A stretch of DNA of 64,000 bases, from the NCBI GenBank assembly GCA_951406725.2, contig OX597821.1, forward strand, positions 78,554,001-78,618,000, read 5' to 3'. Positions 50,528 to 63,484 of the stretch are shown here, piece by piece. Source of the stretch: Octopus vulgaris. Its lineage: Eukaryota. The number at the start of each line of letters is the position of its first letter. The first letter of the stretch is position 1. The translations under genes and the position numbers were made by a program. Under the pieces are notes generated by a model that was given only the letters and a program-made list of their open reading frames with translations, ran no database searches and was not told the origin of the DNA.

Positions 50528-50787
50528 TATTTTTTGGTTTTTGTTTTTGCTTGTTGTTTTTTGGTTTTTGTACATTTTTAAATATGAGAACTTTTATAAT
50601 AGGTTTTTATATTCAATTGTTTATAGGGTTTATTTTAGATTATATATTGATTATATATAGATAATCTAAAATAATCTAAAATAAACCCTATAAACAATTG
50701 AATATAAAAACCTATTATAAAAGTTCTCATATTTAAAAATGTACAAAAACCAAAAAACAACAAGCAAAAAACAAAAACCAAAAAATA
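50528..50787. repeat. Near-perfect inverted repeat, ~115-bp arms
   Basis: 50528-50643 is the reverse complement of 50671-50787 apart from 1-nt indels. Confidence 0.92.
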
Positions 50788-51183
50788 CTGTTTGCAGTAT
50801 TTGGAGAAACAGGGAATAGATTATCCGTTGTATTTCAAATGTGATCCCAAAAGAATATAATCAAGTATCTAGATACGATGCAACACATACAAGAAAAACG
50901 CCGGAATTTTACCGGTGAGTGTGTTACATAATAAGGCACAGAAAGAAAATGACTCTCCTAAGACACAATAGAATATGCTTCAACACACGAACTCCTATAA
51001 CGAATCTTGCAAACCAAATCCAAAAACGAAATATCACAGGGTATGAGACAATCATTAATCTCAAAGATGAAAATGTTTATTCATCAATTTAATGAAGCAG
51101 AAGGGATTGTTGTAGATTTAGTTGTAAAAAATTTACATTATGATGAACTTTATTAAATTTATCAATTGTAACATTAATTTCAG

Positions 51184-51290
51184 ACAACCGCGTTTTCGTG
51201 TGGATTGGGGAACAACTAATGATTACGATAACTGGATGGAAGGCAAAATGGAAAATGGAATACGCATACTCTATCGCAAAATGATGAACG
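51184..51290 (+). CDS. Host gene coding exon 4 (KQPRFRVDWGTTNDYDNWMEGKMENGIRILYRKMMN)
   Basis: taatttcag| acceptor, G|GTATGT donor; phase 2 in, phase 1 out; open frame. Confidence 0.75.
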
Positions 51291-52054
51291 GTATGTAACA
51301 TATGTCTTCTTGTTTTGAGTACAAATACTTGTACATTTTATGTTTGTAAGCACATATATTTGTGTATATGAATGAATGTGAGAGATGAGTATATGTCTGT
51401 GTGTATGTATGACTAGTGTGTGTATATATGTGTATGTATAGATGGTATATGTATATGTTTAAATGTATGCATACTTACATACTAATTATTTTCTTGCAAG
51501 CTAGTTTTTTTATCTATTTTCTTTGTGTCAGTGAAAGTGAAAGTATTTAAGAAAGACAATTAGTAATTACAAACCATTGGGAAAAAAGCAAAGCAAAACA
51601 AACAAACAAACAAAAGAACCCAGAAAAGCTCAGCGGTTGTGGGAAACGAGGGTGATTGAAAGGACCTTAAATTCTCTATTTATTAAAAACATATTAGAAA
51701 GATTGTCTGAGCCGCCATTTTGCAATCTGTAATAGGAATGCTACATATTCTCTCTCTCTCTGGCTCTCGCCCTCTATCTTTGAGTCTCTCTCTCTTTCTC
51801 TCTCTCCCCCTTTGCATTCTGATCGAACGTCCTGTGTGTTAACGTGTACCTCATTGTGACAATGTAAACTTTCGTTTAATCAAGATACACATGGGCTGAC
51901 GAGTAACCTGCAGCATACATCTCATTTAGATATTTACCACTTCCGAGGCTCCACTGGCTATGAAACAGATGCCGCCCGAATCCTATCTACTTCCTTCATT
52001 AAGTTCTGTAATATTATTCGCATACACGGCAACCCTGGTCGCCCACCGTGAAAT

Positions 52055-52273
52055 ATATATTTCTTTACTACCCACAAGGGGCTAAACACAGCGGGGACAA
52101 ACAAGGACAGACAAAATGATTAAGCCGATTACAACGACCCACATAATTTATCGACCTCGAGAGGATGAAAGGCAAAGTTAACCTCGGCGGAATTTGAACT
52201 CAGAACGTAGCGGCAGACGAAATACCGCTAAGCATTTCGCCCAGTGTGCTAAAGTTTCTACTAGCTCGCCGCC
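52055..52273 (-). mobile_element. Meta-core SINE
   Basis: Ends ctagctcgccgcc; gaaaggcaaagttaacctcggcggaatttgaactcagaacg. Confidence 0.8.
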
Positions 52274-52479
52274 TTCCCACTGTGAAATATAAAAGGAACT
52301 TCTTTCAGTTTATCGTACTTCGATACGAAGAAATCCATAAACTTCCGTTCGCATAAGTTACTATTGTCCCTGCAAATTGGTTTTCATATTTACTACGGGT
52401 TGCTTGAAGCTAACTTCCTTCCTACATCTAGATCCCTCGCCATAGAGCGATTCACCTATCGCGGTTCATTATTGAAGCT

Positions 52480-53950
52480 TACGTCGATTCCTCCGTGGTA
52501 GAGTATTGTGCCACTGACTTCGTTACAAGAAGTTTTATTCCACTCCTGCCATTAAGAACTCTCTTTGTGACTTTTCTCTCTACGGAGAACAGCATTCCTG
52601 GGAAATGGAGAGAAAATTTTTATGATCTCTTTAATCCAGTAAAACCAACCCGTGGACATGTGGTGAATCTCGAGGCGAAGGCTATCTCCAGAGATTGAAG
52701 TCCTTAAGGTGACTGCAGAGCTGAAATGCAGCAGGACCGCCTGTGAGGATGGTATTTGGACTTATAGGTTAACGTTTTTAATTAGAAAAGTTATTTTCTG
52801 GGTGATTCGTTTATGCCAGGTGCCATGGAGATCTGAAAAAAAAAACACCAAAGCAATAGCAATCCGAGATGAAAACCCCTTATTTTTTAAAGTCCTGCAA
52901 GAGGGAGTGTTCTGGTTATAGAAGAATGTCCATATTTAGCTGCTCCGGTAAAGTCTGTGCGCAGTGTCTGGAGAAGAGAAGTAAGGAAACTGTGGAGCTT
53001 GAGCTTGCTGGAGAACAGTGTGGATTCCCTCCGTGACGTAGCACAACGAACCACTCGACGGCATGTCTTCGATAAATCGTGGTATTATAACCAATAAGTG
53101 TACAATTGCATTATATGCCTCAAAAAGGCTTGCTGTGCAGGTTTAGGTGGAATTTGGGATTGCCGGGTTGTGTTCGGATAAATGTTGTTAAGTCGAAACT
53201 GTTCAATATGGATTTTGGCAGAGGTACGTATTTCCACCACTCCTGTCCATATACCTTATGAACTGGATTGATATGCGTATCCCTTGGGAAGTGATTTACA
53301 ATCGTTATGCTTAGGATCAGCCGGCTGATATTTAGAGGTATCTTTTGTTACTCGACTCAGCAGCAGACGATTTCTAGCATACATTGAATGAGTTCGTTGC
53401 CGAGTGCTGCAAGACAAGGATGAGGACAAGTGGTGTGAAGACTGTGAAACTGGAATTCTCAAGAGAATCTTTCAGTAAACTGTATGTGTTAGTGGAGCAG
53501 GTACCTTGGGGCCATATTTACGAGTGATGGCAAGCAGGAGGTTGAACTGAATGCTAGAATTGAAATGCAATGTATCAGTTCTTGTATTCAATCGGTAGAA
53601 AAAGAGCGGTAACTCAATAAGCCAAACACGCTATCTCCAGTTCGGATTTTGTACTTATCCTCACCTATTTTCATGAAAGTTGAATAATAACTGAACGAAT
53701 GCGATTGCGAATACAAACGGCCGATATGAGGTTCCTCATACCGACGTTTGGACTAATGTCATTTGCCAGGTTGCGTAGCTTGGAGATAGGGTGTCCCTTC
53801 AGGTCGAACTGCCACGTATCCTCATTGAGAGGTCACAGCTCCAGTACTATAGACACGTTATTAGAAGGTCGCAGGAGGGGATCGTAAGATGAATTTTTGA
53901 AACTAAATCAATCGACAGAACTTAAGGTAGACCGAGAACGAAATAGTTGG
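52480..53950 (+). mobile_element. Highly decayed RTE-like LINE
   Basis: Remnant RMRLRIQTADMRFL, followed by a GRPRTK-like 3' block. Confidence 0.5.
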
Positions 53951-53955
53951 ATGGT

Positions 53956-54332
53956 ATACTCTTTTTTACTCTTTTTACTTGTTTCAGTCATTTGACTGCG
54001 GCCATGCTGGGGCACCGCCTTTAGTACTTATTCTATCGGTCTCTTTTGCCGAACCGCCAAGTAACGGGGACATAAGCACACCAGCATCGGTTGTCAAGCA
54101 ATGCTAGGGGGACAAACACAAACACACACACACACACATACATATATATACATATATATACATATATACGACAGCCTTCTTTCAGTTTCCGTCTACCAAA
54201 TCCACTCACAAGGCATTGGTCGGCCCGGGGCTATAGCAGAAGACACTTGCCCAAGGTGCCACGCAGTGGGACTGAACCCGGAACCATGTGGTTGGTTAGC
54301 AAGCTACTTACCACACAGCCACTCCTGCGCCT
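53956..54332 (-). mobile_element. tRNA-derived SINE, same family as 27172-27583
   Basis: Near-identical head and (gtaaaaga)n tail, with an internal deletion. Confidence 0.88.
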
Positions 54333-54349
54333 ATATATATACGCATGTG

Positions 54350-54469
54350 TACGCATGTGTTTGCGTGTGTATGTATGTATATGTTTGTATGAATATATTT
54401 GGGATAGCCAGAGTAATATATATATATAGATAGATAGATATAGATATAGATATATAGATATGTGAGTGT

Positions 54470-54510
<41 letters not shown>

Positions 54511-55000
54511 TGTGTGTGTGCGTGAGTATGAATATATATGATACTAAAACTCTAGAAATGTTCGTGTGTACCCGAAATATATATATATATCATATTAAGT
54601 ATCTATAATCTTATTTAGTGATGCTTTGGAATCCATCCGGAAAATCTAATGACGGTTGCCTCTGGTAGGACCATATGGAGGAGGTTCCAGGGAACTAACC
54701 CTAATCCTAACCCTAATTCACATTTACACTCCTAGTAGTGCGTGGAGAAAATAGTTGCATGGATGGACACGTATGTATGTCAGTGTACGCATGTGTTTGC
54801 GTGTGTATGTATGTATATGTTTGTATGAATATATTTGGGATAGCCAGAGTAATATATATATATAGATAGATAGATATAGATATAGATATATAGATATGTG
54901 AGTGTGTGTATGTGTGTGTGTGTGTGTGTGTGCGTGTGTATGAATATATATGATACTAAAACTCTAGAAATGTTCGTGTGTACCCGAAATATATATATAT
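54350..55000. repeat. ~220-bp direct duplication (54350-54590 / 54787-55000)
   Basis: Identical non-microsatellite parts gggatagccagagt and atactaaaactctagaaatgttcgtgtgtacccgaaat. Confidence 0.9.
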
Positions 55001-55001
55001 A

Positions 55002-56162
55002 CTAGACTACCCATGACCCGTTGGGTCACCTGGAAAGTCTGAGTTTCCGAGCAACGGAGTTCTGTTTCGTGTTTTTTTGCTTTTCCAGGTATCTCGCATG
55101 CGTTCAACGAATGTGACATCGAATGCATTCTAAAAAGCTTTGTAATGGTATTCTCTCGGGGCGATCTTCCGGTTTCACTCTCAGAACTGTCACCTGGATT
55201 AGCTAGTTTTGTTCGTTAATATCCGTAAAAAAAAAAAATATTTATTTTCATTTGTTTTAAAGTGAAAGGGAATAAAGTGAAAGATGTATGAACGTGTATA
55301 TGAAATGAACGTGTGTGTGTGTGTGAGAGAGAGAGAGACAAACAGCGAGAGAGCCACTTACACAGCATGAGATCACACTCACCCACTTTCTCTCTCTCGC
55401 ACACACACCTGCTCACGTACATACAAAAAAGATGTATGTATATGTACTGATGTACGTATATATACATGATAACACACCCCTTCACTCCCTCTCTTTTTCT
55501 CTCTCAATTTTTCTCTCCCTCTCTCGTGCTCTCTCTTTCAAAAACACACACGTACAATTCATATATACGTACAAACATTTTTCACTATCTCCAATCTTTC
55601 ACTAAAAAAATGTAAATAAATAAAAAGACATTTTCGGAAATTATCTAACTCCGGATGACAAGCAAACGGTCGCCATTCACTTGAAAATAATTTTAAAGAA
55701 AATATTGCCTCTTTAATGAAAGCTAAAATATAAATACCTACTGTCCAAATAACTTACATGTTCGAAATCATATCCAGTTAAAAATATTTCTAAATTATTA
55801 AAATATTGTACACGTGAAAAATTTTTTCTTAGAGATGGTAAAGACTATGTGTGTGTGTATATGTTACAAATAGTGGACGTGTGTTTGTGTTGATTGAAGC
55901 GCTGACATTCATTATATGTTTGTAGATTCTGTATGTGTGTGTGTGTTCATGTAACGGAAATCACGTTTCTCTTTTCGTCAAGAAATAACAAAGAAAAAGT
56001 CAGTTTAATCGTTTTCAGGAATAAATAGAGGTCCACATATCACAAAAATTTTATTGCACTGCCGAAGGTAGGTGTGAAAATATGTATGCAAAAACAATTA
56101 AGATAAAATATACTATTTCTGAGTCATTTCGGGTACACACATACATACAAACATCTCTACAG

Positions 56163-56180
<18 letters not shown>
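55002..56180 (-). mobile_element. Non-autonomous Helitron-like element
   Basis: Minus-strand 3' CTAG|T with hairpin tgaccc-gtt-gggtca; an inverted partial copy lies at 56697-57014. Confidence 0.6.
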
Positions 56181-56194
<14 letters not shown>

Positions 56195-56195
56195 A

Positions 56196-56238
<43 letters not shown>

Positions 56239-56324
56239 TCAATTTAGGGTAGCAAAAAATTCAACAGAAATTTATCGCTACCAGCGGCCTAGTGGAAAAG
56301 AGAAAATAGTCAAAGACTAAATAT

Positions 56325-56630
56325 ATAAAAATATAACAATTTAGGAGTGACCTTAACATGCCATTCGTCCACCAGAGAGAGCCATAACTCACACCGCCAA
56401 GTAGTAGTAATTCAGAAATTGGGAGAAAATTTAAAAACATTTACCCTAATTCATCTTTTAGACGATGCATCGTTTCTGACGATGCATCGTCTAAAAGATG
56501 AATTAGGGTAAATGTTTTTAAATTTTCTCCTAATTTCTGAATTACTACTACTTGGCGGTGTGAGTTATGGCTGCTGTCTCTGGTGGACGAATGGCCTGTT
56601 AAGGTCACTCCTAAATTGTTATATTTATAT
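56325..56630. repeat. Near-perfect palindrome (~150-bp arms, 5-nt spacer) turning at a hammerhead 3' half
   Basis: Centre gacgatgcatcgt-ttctg-acgatgcatcgtc; minus strand reads GAAAC-GATGCATC-GTC. Confidence 0.9.
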
Positions 56631-56648
56631 ATATATATATATATATAT

Positions 56649-56684
<36 letters not shown>

Positions 56685-56696
56685 TTAGATAGATAT

Positions 56697-57014
56697 AAGA
56701 TCACCCCAAGGGAATACCATTACAAAACTTTTTAAGAATGCAGTCGCCGTATGTCAGCTCCAAAGATTTCGCTGCTATATCCAGAATAACCTGCGAACAC
56801 GTAATGCACGAAATACCAATTAATGGTAGCAGGGCATGTAAGAAATAGCAACCAAGTCTTTCCATTTCTGAGGAAATGAGCCATTTACGCGTGATTTCGA
56901 TGCTACATACGTTTAAAGCTTGCGAGATACCTAGAAAAGCAAAATAACCCCACGAAACAGAACTCCGTTGCTCGGAAACTCAAACTTTCCAGGTGACCCA
57001 ATGAGTCATGGGTA
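56697..57014 (+). mobile_element. Partial copy of the 55002 Helitron-like element in the opposite orientation
   Basis: cacgaaacagaactccgttgctcggaaactca..ccaggtgacccaatgagtcatgggta is the reverse complement of 55008-55075. Confidence 0.7.
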
Positions 57015-57087
57015 TATATATATGTGTGTGTGTATGTGTGTGTGTAGACACACATACATACACACTGATATCTATATACATATAAGC

Positions 57088-57132
<45 letters not shown>

Positions 57133-57697
57133 TATATATTTGTTTTGCAAGATTTCTGATGTGAAATCGTGTGTTGAAACAGATATTGTTGTATTTAGGA
57201 ATGGTCATTTTGCCAGTTTAGCCAATAAAAACACACGCACTATATATTTGGTGTTACTTCGCTTCAGCGTTATTTATTTTTTACATTAATCTTAATGAGC
57301 AAGAAGTCAAGTTAGGAGAAGAAGAATTAGGGAAAGAGTGGGAGAGAAAAAAGAAGAGGAAGAGAGAGAAAATAGAGATACTGATAGAATAGTGTCGTAT
57401 CAGAATTATTAAGATAAATCTTACTTGGAAATAGATGTGTGACGTTCGATCATATCTGGCGGCGTAGATAAAACAGTGGACAACTGTGGAAGAGATTGTT
57501 CTTTATGTTGCCTGTCTCACTTTCCTATTTGTTTCTTTCGTTGTTGACAAATAAAGTTCGTCTTCCATGTTTTTGCGTTTCATGTTCACGTTTTCCATGT
57601 TGTTTATGTTTTTTGACATCCTGTACCCATATATGCATGTGTATATACATATAGATGTACATATATATGTAAGTATATACATGTATGTATGTTTATT

Positions 57698-57747
<50 letters not shown>

Positions 57748-57768
57748 CATATATATCTATATTTATAC

Positions 57769-57814
<46 letters not shown>

Positions 57815-58056
57815 CACAAACACACATATACATACACATATACATATATACATATACACACAGGATAGGTTTGATAGATTGTAAAAGAGACAGGCATGCC
57901 CAATTCCCATGTTTATAAGTTTGCCAACGGTGTGTATTCGTATGTGTGTGAACATATATATGATGTCTTTGTGTGTATGTGTTTCTGTGTTGATTGAGAA
58001 ATATATGATCAACTTCATTACTTTGTTAACAAGTGGTTTTTTTTGTAATTTTTCAG

Positions 58057-58106
58057 GATCTAAAATTCCTCTTGATCTGATGGTCGTCTCTATCATTTTG
58101 AAGTAG
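58057..58106 (+). CDS. Host gene terminal coding exon 5 (GSKIPLDLMVVSIILK*)
   Basis: ttttttgtaatttttcag| acceptor, phase 1 in, TAG at 58104-58106, ATTAAA at 58114. Total CDS 717 nt = 238 aa + stop. Confidence 0.7.
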
Positions 58107-58236
58107 AATATGAATTAAACCAGATATTGTGTATGCTGATATTCTTACATACATCGGTGCATTCCTTCACACATACATGCATACATAAATACATAATACA
58201 TAGATAAATACATATATACAATCATGTACAGATATA

Positions 58237-58344
<108 letters not shown>

Positions 58345-58570
58345 TGTTTCTTTATTAGCCACACAGGGTTGCACACAGAGGAGACACATTACAAAGTAGA
58401 GCTTTTCTTTTTGGGGAGAAAAAAGAAAAAAAAGTGGGGTAGGTTTACGATCAAAAGGGATCGTAAAAGAAGGAAAGAAAAAGAAACAAAGTAAAAAGGA
58501 ACGAAAAAAGGAAAGAAAAAATGATCAATAGAGATCGTGTATAACTAGATATATAGATAGATAGATAGAC

Positions 58571-58625
<55 letters not shown>

Positions 58626-59640
58626 GATACATGAATAGGATAGATAGATGCAGACACTTAGAGACAGATATAAAGTGTAAATGTAATAAACAACGAAAGG
58701 AGATATCATAGGAAATGATTATATGTTGTTGTTTATCTCCAAGTGAGGCCCTATCGAAAGAGAAAATTACGTTCAAAAGGATTCGAATTATGTTCATTAC
58801 CTTTTGCTTGGAAGACATTGTCTAAAGTGTGCTGATAATTGCAAGTCAATAACGTGTAATTTGAAGGAATGTGTCAGATGCTATAATGACACTTTCATGA
58901 TAGAAGTATTATAGGCGTGTGTATATGTGTGTGTGTGTATGTGTGTGAGAGAGAGAGAGAGAGAGAGAAAGTGTGTGAGAGAAGGGTGAAGATGGGGGAA
59001 GGTGAAGGACTAAACAGCTATTAAACTTCAAATTGTCTACAATTATAACGCGCTTACAATTCTACCAAAATGATGCCCTTTATTGTTTCATTTAACGAAT
59101 ACATACTTTAAAATATTACCAGTTATCGTAGGTCATTCAAGATATCCACTTCTCACGTTCACATATGTAACACATGTACACGTTTGTTTCACACATACCT
59201 ACTACTATGTCAATTATCTCTTGCAGTTTATATGATTTTACACTAAAAAAATAAGCTCTTTACATTTTAGTGGTCACATGACCATATTTTACGTTTGAAA
59301 CTAAGAATAATCTGTCTCTGGTCGCACTTTCAAACAGATACACTAATAACTCTGTAACACCTTCAGCAAATTCTTAAAAAAAAATCACCCGAATCCATTT
59401 TACAGCAGTCGTATTTTTAAATTCCTTATTGGAGAGTTTGTATTTCACTAGCATGTATCGATGTTTAAATTGGAAATTGAAGATATTTCTCACACAAGCA
59501 CTTTCACATATCTTTTTCTGTAATTTGCCAACTAAACTTTCTGGAATATTCTGTTTTTGCTTTCCGAACTTCATATTTAAAAAGTGACTATTCCTTGTTG
59601 TTGTGTGTGTGATGCCAAGGATTCAGCGGTACATATATAT

Positions 59641-59675
<35 letters not shown>

Positions 59676-60014
59676 CGACGTATATAAAAATAGCGTCCAT
59701 ATATACATATATATATATTATTGCTGTACAATTTCTTTGAGGTCCGTCGCAATCCAGTTTTTTTTTAAACAGTGTTAAATAAAATATTCTTATCCAAGAA
59801 AAAAGACTCGTCTGTCATAATTCTAAAACACTTATTTACTTTCTGTATCAAATACTACTTATAAAATTAATGCTAAAATGGCTGACCCCGACGTGGGAAA
59901 TGTTATTTGTGAACTCTTTGAGTTTTACATGAGTCTACATTTTCGATACAAGATCTCCGGTTTCGACTAGGGCATGTTCTGGTGCTCACTTTCATATCAA
60001 AAATAAAATAGCTG

Positions 60015-60610
60015 GGAAGGTGACGAGCTGGCTGACACGTTAGCACGCCGGGTGTAATGCCTAGCGGTATTTCGTCTGTCTTTACGTTCTGAATTCAAAT
60101 TACGCTCAGGTCGACTTTTCCCTTCGTCCTTTCGAGGTCGAAAAATTAAGTTCCAGTTGCGTACTGGGGTCGCGCTAAGCGACTGGTCCCCTCCCCCAAA
60201 ATTTCGGGCCTTGTGCCTAGAGTAGAAAAGATTATTTTTGAAGGCGGCGAACTGGCAGAAACGTTAGCACGCCGTGCGAAATGCTTCGCGGTATTTCGTC
60301 TGCCGCTACGTTCTGAGTTCAAATTCCGACTTTGCCTTTCATCCTTTCGGGGTCGATTAAATAAGTATCAGTTACGCACTGGGGTCGATATAATCGACTT
60401 TATCTGTTTGTCTGTCCTTGTTTGTCCTCTCTGTGTAAAGAAATAGGTATTTCGTATGTCTTTACGTTCTGAGTTCAAAATCCGCCGAGGTCGACTTTGC
60501 CATTCATCCATTCGGGGTTGATAAATTAAGTACCAGTTGCATACTGACACGATCTAATTGACTAGCCCCCTCCCACAAAATTCGGGACTTGTGCCTAGAA
60601 TAGAAAAGAG
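60015..60610 (+). mobile_element. Cluster of Meta-core SINEs
   Basis: ggcggcgaactggcagaaacgttagcacgcc heads and repeated gtcgactttgcc cores. Confidence 0.85.
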
Positions 60611-61199
60611 TAAAGTAGCTGAGGAATTAAACAAGTTTAAGTTTTGTTAATGGTGACGAAGGTGTTATGATGCTTTATTCACAGACCAGCACTGATTAAG
60701 CAGTCAATATGATCAAAGACCGCCGAGGCACAAATATTTTCTGTTTCAGTGAAATAGTGTATCGATAGTACAACATTATCCACTGGGGTTTTGCTGTTGA
60801 TGTAAAGAAGAAAAATAAGATGTGAGGAAAATATGGAAACGATTTCTAAGGGGTAGAGCAATGGCACGGAAGTAGATCCAAGGGGTTATATCTCAGGGGA
60901 AGTATTGTTGTTAATCCGAGATCAATCTAATCGAGCTGGCCGAAAACCAAAAGCATTCCAGCCGTGAAAATTTCTGCTTTATTTTCAGACATTACTAAAC
61001 ATCTATTATCCAGTGCACCCTTCAGATATAAAACAGATTTGACTGTTATTTCTGTCAGATCCGGCAAATTATTACAGCGTTATACGTAGAATGCATGTTA
61101 CTTGTCATTCAAATATCAAATTTCCACAGTCTGCTTTTGAAGTCAAAAGAAAAGAACACTGTACAGTTACAGTAGACGTCTACCAAGAGACCACCAAAC

Positions 61200-62690
61200 G
61201 AATCTTGAATGGATTCATAGAATTCATAGGGTAGACCATGGAAACCGGGCTATTTGCTACTTGTGCAATTGCTTATAGCCTGTCGAATTTCAGCGGCTGT
61301 TATCGACCTTCAACACGACCGCAGGCCTACTACGGAGATCCAATGTAGGCCGTCCAAGTACAAACTAAAGTTTGCTGCCGTCGTTGACCCAATACTCTAT
61401 CCCAACAGCCGTGTGATGTACAGCTAGAAAGCCGCACGCATCTGCACAGAATCGAATAGCATACACCCTCCTGATTCGTCAAAGATCTGAGCATGGTTTC
61501 GTTCCCAAGTTGTCTCTTCAACGTTCGGCGCCATCGGAGAGCTTTCAGCACACTTAGCTCTGATAATGCAATCTTCGTGCTTCGCTTCGAAAGAAGAGTC
61601 AAGGGCTAATTCTCGCCACTAGTATGTCACTTACAATGCCTTTACGAATCGCTTCCTCTAAATTGCGAAATTGTTCACTCTCTAATCTACTGTTCTAATC
61701 AACTGCCAACTCTTTTCGAAACTTTTTCGATTCTACTCACATTGTTGACGATAACTCCTGCCATCTGTTGCTTAACTCTTTCACTAATCCAATCCCTGTA
61801 GTCTTTGTTTGCCGTGAAGAAAGCATTCAATTTCCAGTAAGCGAGTCCCTGTCTATGACACCCATCTAAATCGACGTTGAAGATCAGAAAGTAGTGGTCT
61901 TGTAACCGACCAATATGAATTTTGAACAACCTACGCTACTTCTACCCACTAAACTAATAAATACTCTATCTACATACGACAAGGAGGACCTATTGTCCTT
62001 GCTCCATGTCCGCGCAGGCACATCAGGGAAATCCAATTGATAGCTGTCGGACAGTTGGAAGTTTCTGTGCAGGTTTTGAGGGTTTTACAATTCTTTCTGT
62101 TATGTAATATCTCCAAACAGTTTCCTTGCGTCCAGAAAACTATTCCAGTCCGCTACTAGTACTAACTAAATTGTGAGATGTTCCCAAGAAAGTTTGTAGA
62201 TGCCTGAATAAATGTGGCCTTTCAGACCTTGTCGGGTAATAAACGGCCAACAGTCTAAATATGCTGCCTTCACTGCCATTAACATCTAGGAGCATCTGCC
62301 GGGAGCAAAAAATGTTTGTCAGTACTTTAAGATATAAGGTTTTTCAGAATAGCTCTGCTACACAGCCGCCTGCATCCGATAGACCAAAAGATGAGTCGAA
62401 AATGGGTGATAGTGCTTGCGCATTTATTAATTATGCGGCAACATCGAAATCGACAGGTGGTTGAGCAAGTGACCTTGCTTGCAAGTTGACTTCAGGGCAA
62501 GCATATTCATACACCCCAAATTCAGAGCAGGTGTGTCAGTCCGAGCGACAAAAGAAAGTAAGTCACTCTCCTTGGCATGGTGAGGAAAGTATTAGATAGC
62601 TGAAAAGAACGAATAGCACGGTACCGTAGGCTGCATGTCGTAAGCCCGCTACGCATGCAACACTTCGGGGGCTCCAATAAAACCTGAGAT
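61200..62690 (-). mobile_element. Decayed L1/Tx1-like LINE, endonuclease region
   Basis: GSIFRLLAVYYPT and DH..GLAYWKLN motifs. Confidence 0.6.
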
Positions 62691-62698
62691 GAAGAGAA

Positions 62699-62744
<46 letters not shown>

Positions 62745-62747
<3 letters not shown>

Positions 62748-62955
62748 TATTCAGACAAATACATAACAAAAACACCAGGACTTACAAACACATATAACAT
62801 ACAGAAAATTGCACTACTAGGCACTGCACACATCCTACGCAGAACACTTTCCATACAATAACCATCAGAGCATCACAACAAATCACAGCACATACCCAAG
62901 GCACACAGAGCTGCGCTCGGTAGTGAAGTGAAAGCACGCTATAAAAATAATAATA

Positions 62956-62960
<5 letters not shown>
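62745..62960 (+). mobile_element. R4/Dong subfamily A 3' fragment in (TAA)n
   Basis: Reverse complement of 31820-32027, flanked by (AAT)n on both sides. Confidence 0.85.
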
Positions 62961-63012
<52 letters not shown>

Positions 63013-63484
63013 GATAAATAAATAGAAGAGTGCCATGTCGTGTGAAATTCGTTGAACAATATTTCGGCATCTAGCGTGCCTTCCACGGGTTCAAAATTAC
63101 ATGTCAGTCTACTTCATTGTTTGTTAAGACTATAGAGGACCGAGGTAACTCATCCAGAAGTTATACACAAATGAATAGAAGAGTGCCATATCATGTGAAA
63201 TCCGTTGAACAATATTTTGGCATCTACGATTTAAAAAATACAAATGTACAGGCCATTTAATTATAATGGCAATGTTGCAATTAAGGAAATATATGTAATC
63301 TAGTACAACCTTTGACATGGTCGAGCTGTTATTAAATCTCGCTAACCCTACCAAGCCTGTGTGAGGAGTAAGGTGGTTTTGGACACTGTGGGATGAAAAT
63401 GAAACCAGTCGAAAGACGGAATAAACGAGGAGAGTCAATATCAATCTACGTTTTGAGACATAAGATAGATATCCAATGATATAC

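Larger units (their letters stand above)
48865..50787 (-). mobile_element. Non-coding Penelope-associated element with a hammerhead, internal duplications and a terminal palindrome
   Basis: Terminus related to 13165; duplicated blocks about 49640-49790/50060-50200; palindrome 50528-50787. Confidence 0.55.

Noticed and set aside
54694-54716. Telomeric repeat (ctaaccctaatcctaaccctaa)
   Set aside because: Only 3-4 imperfect units inside a repeat fragment.
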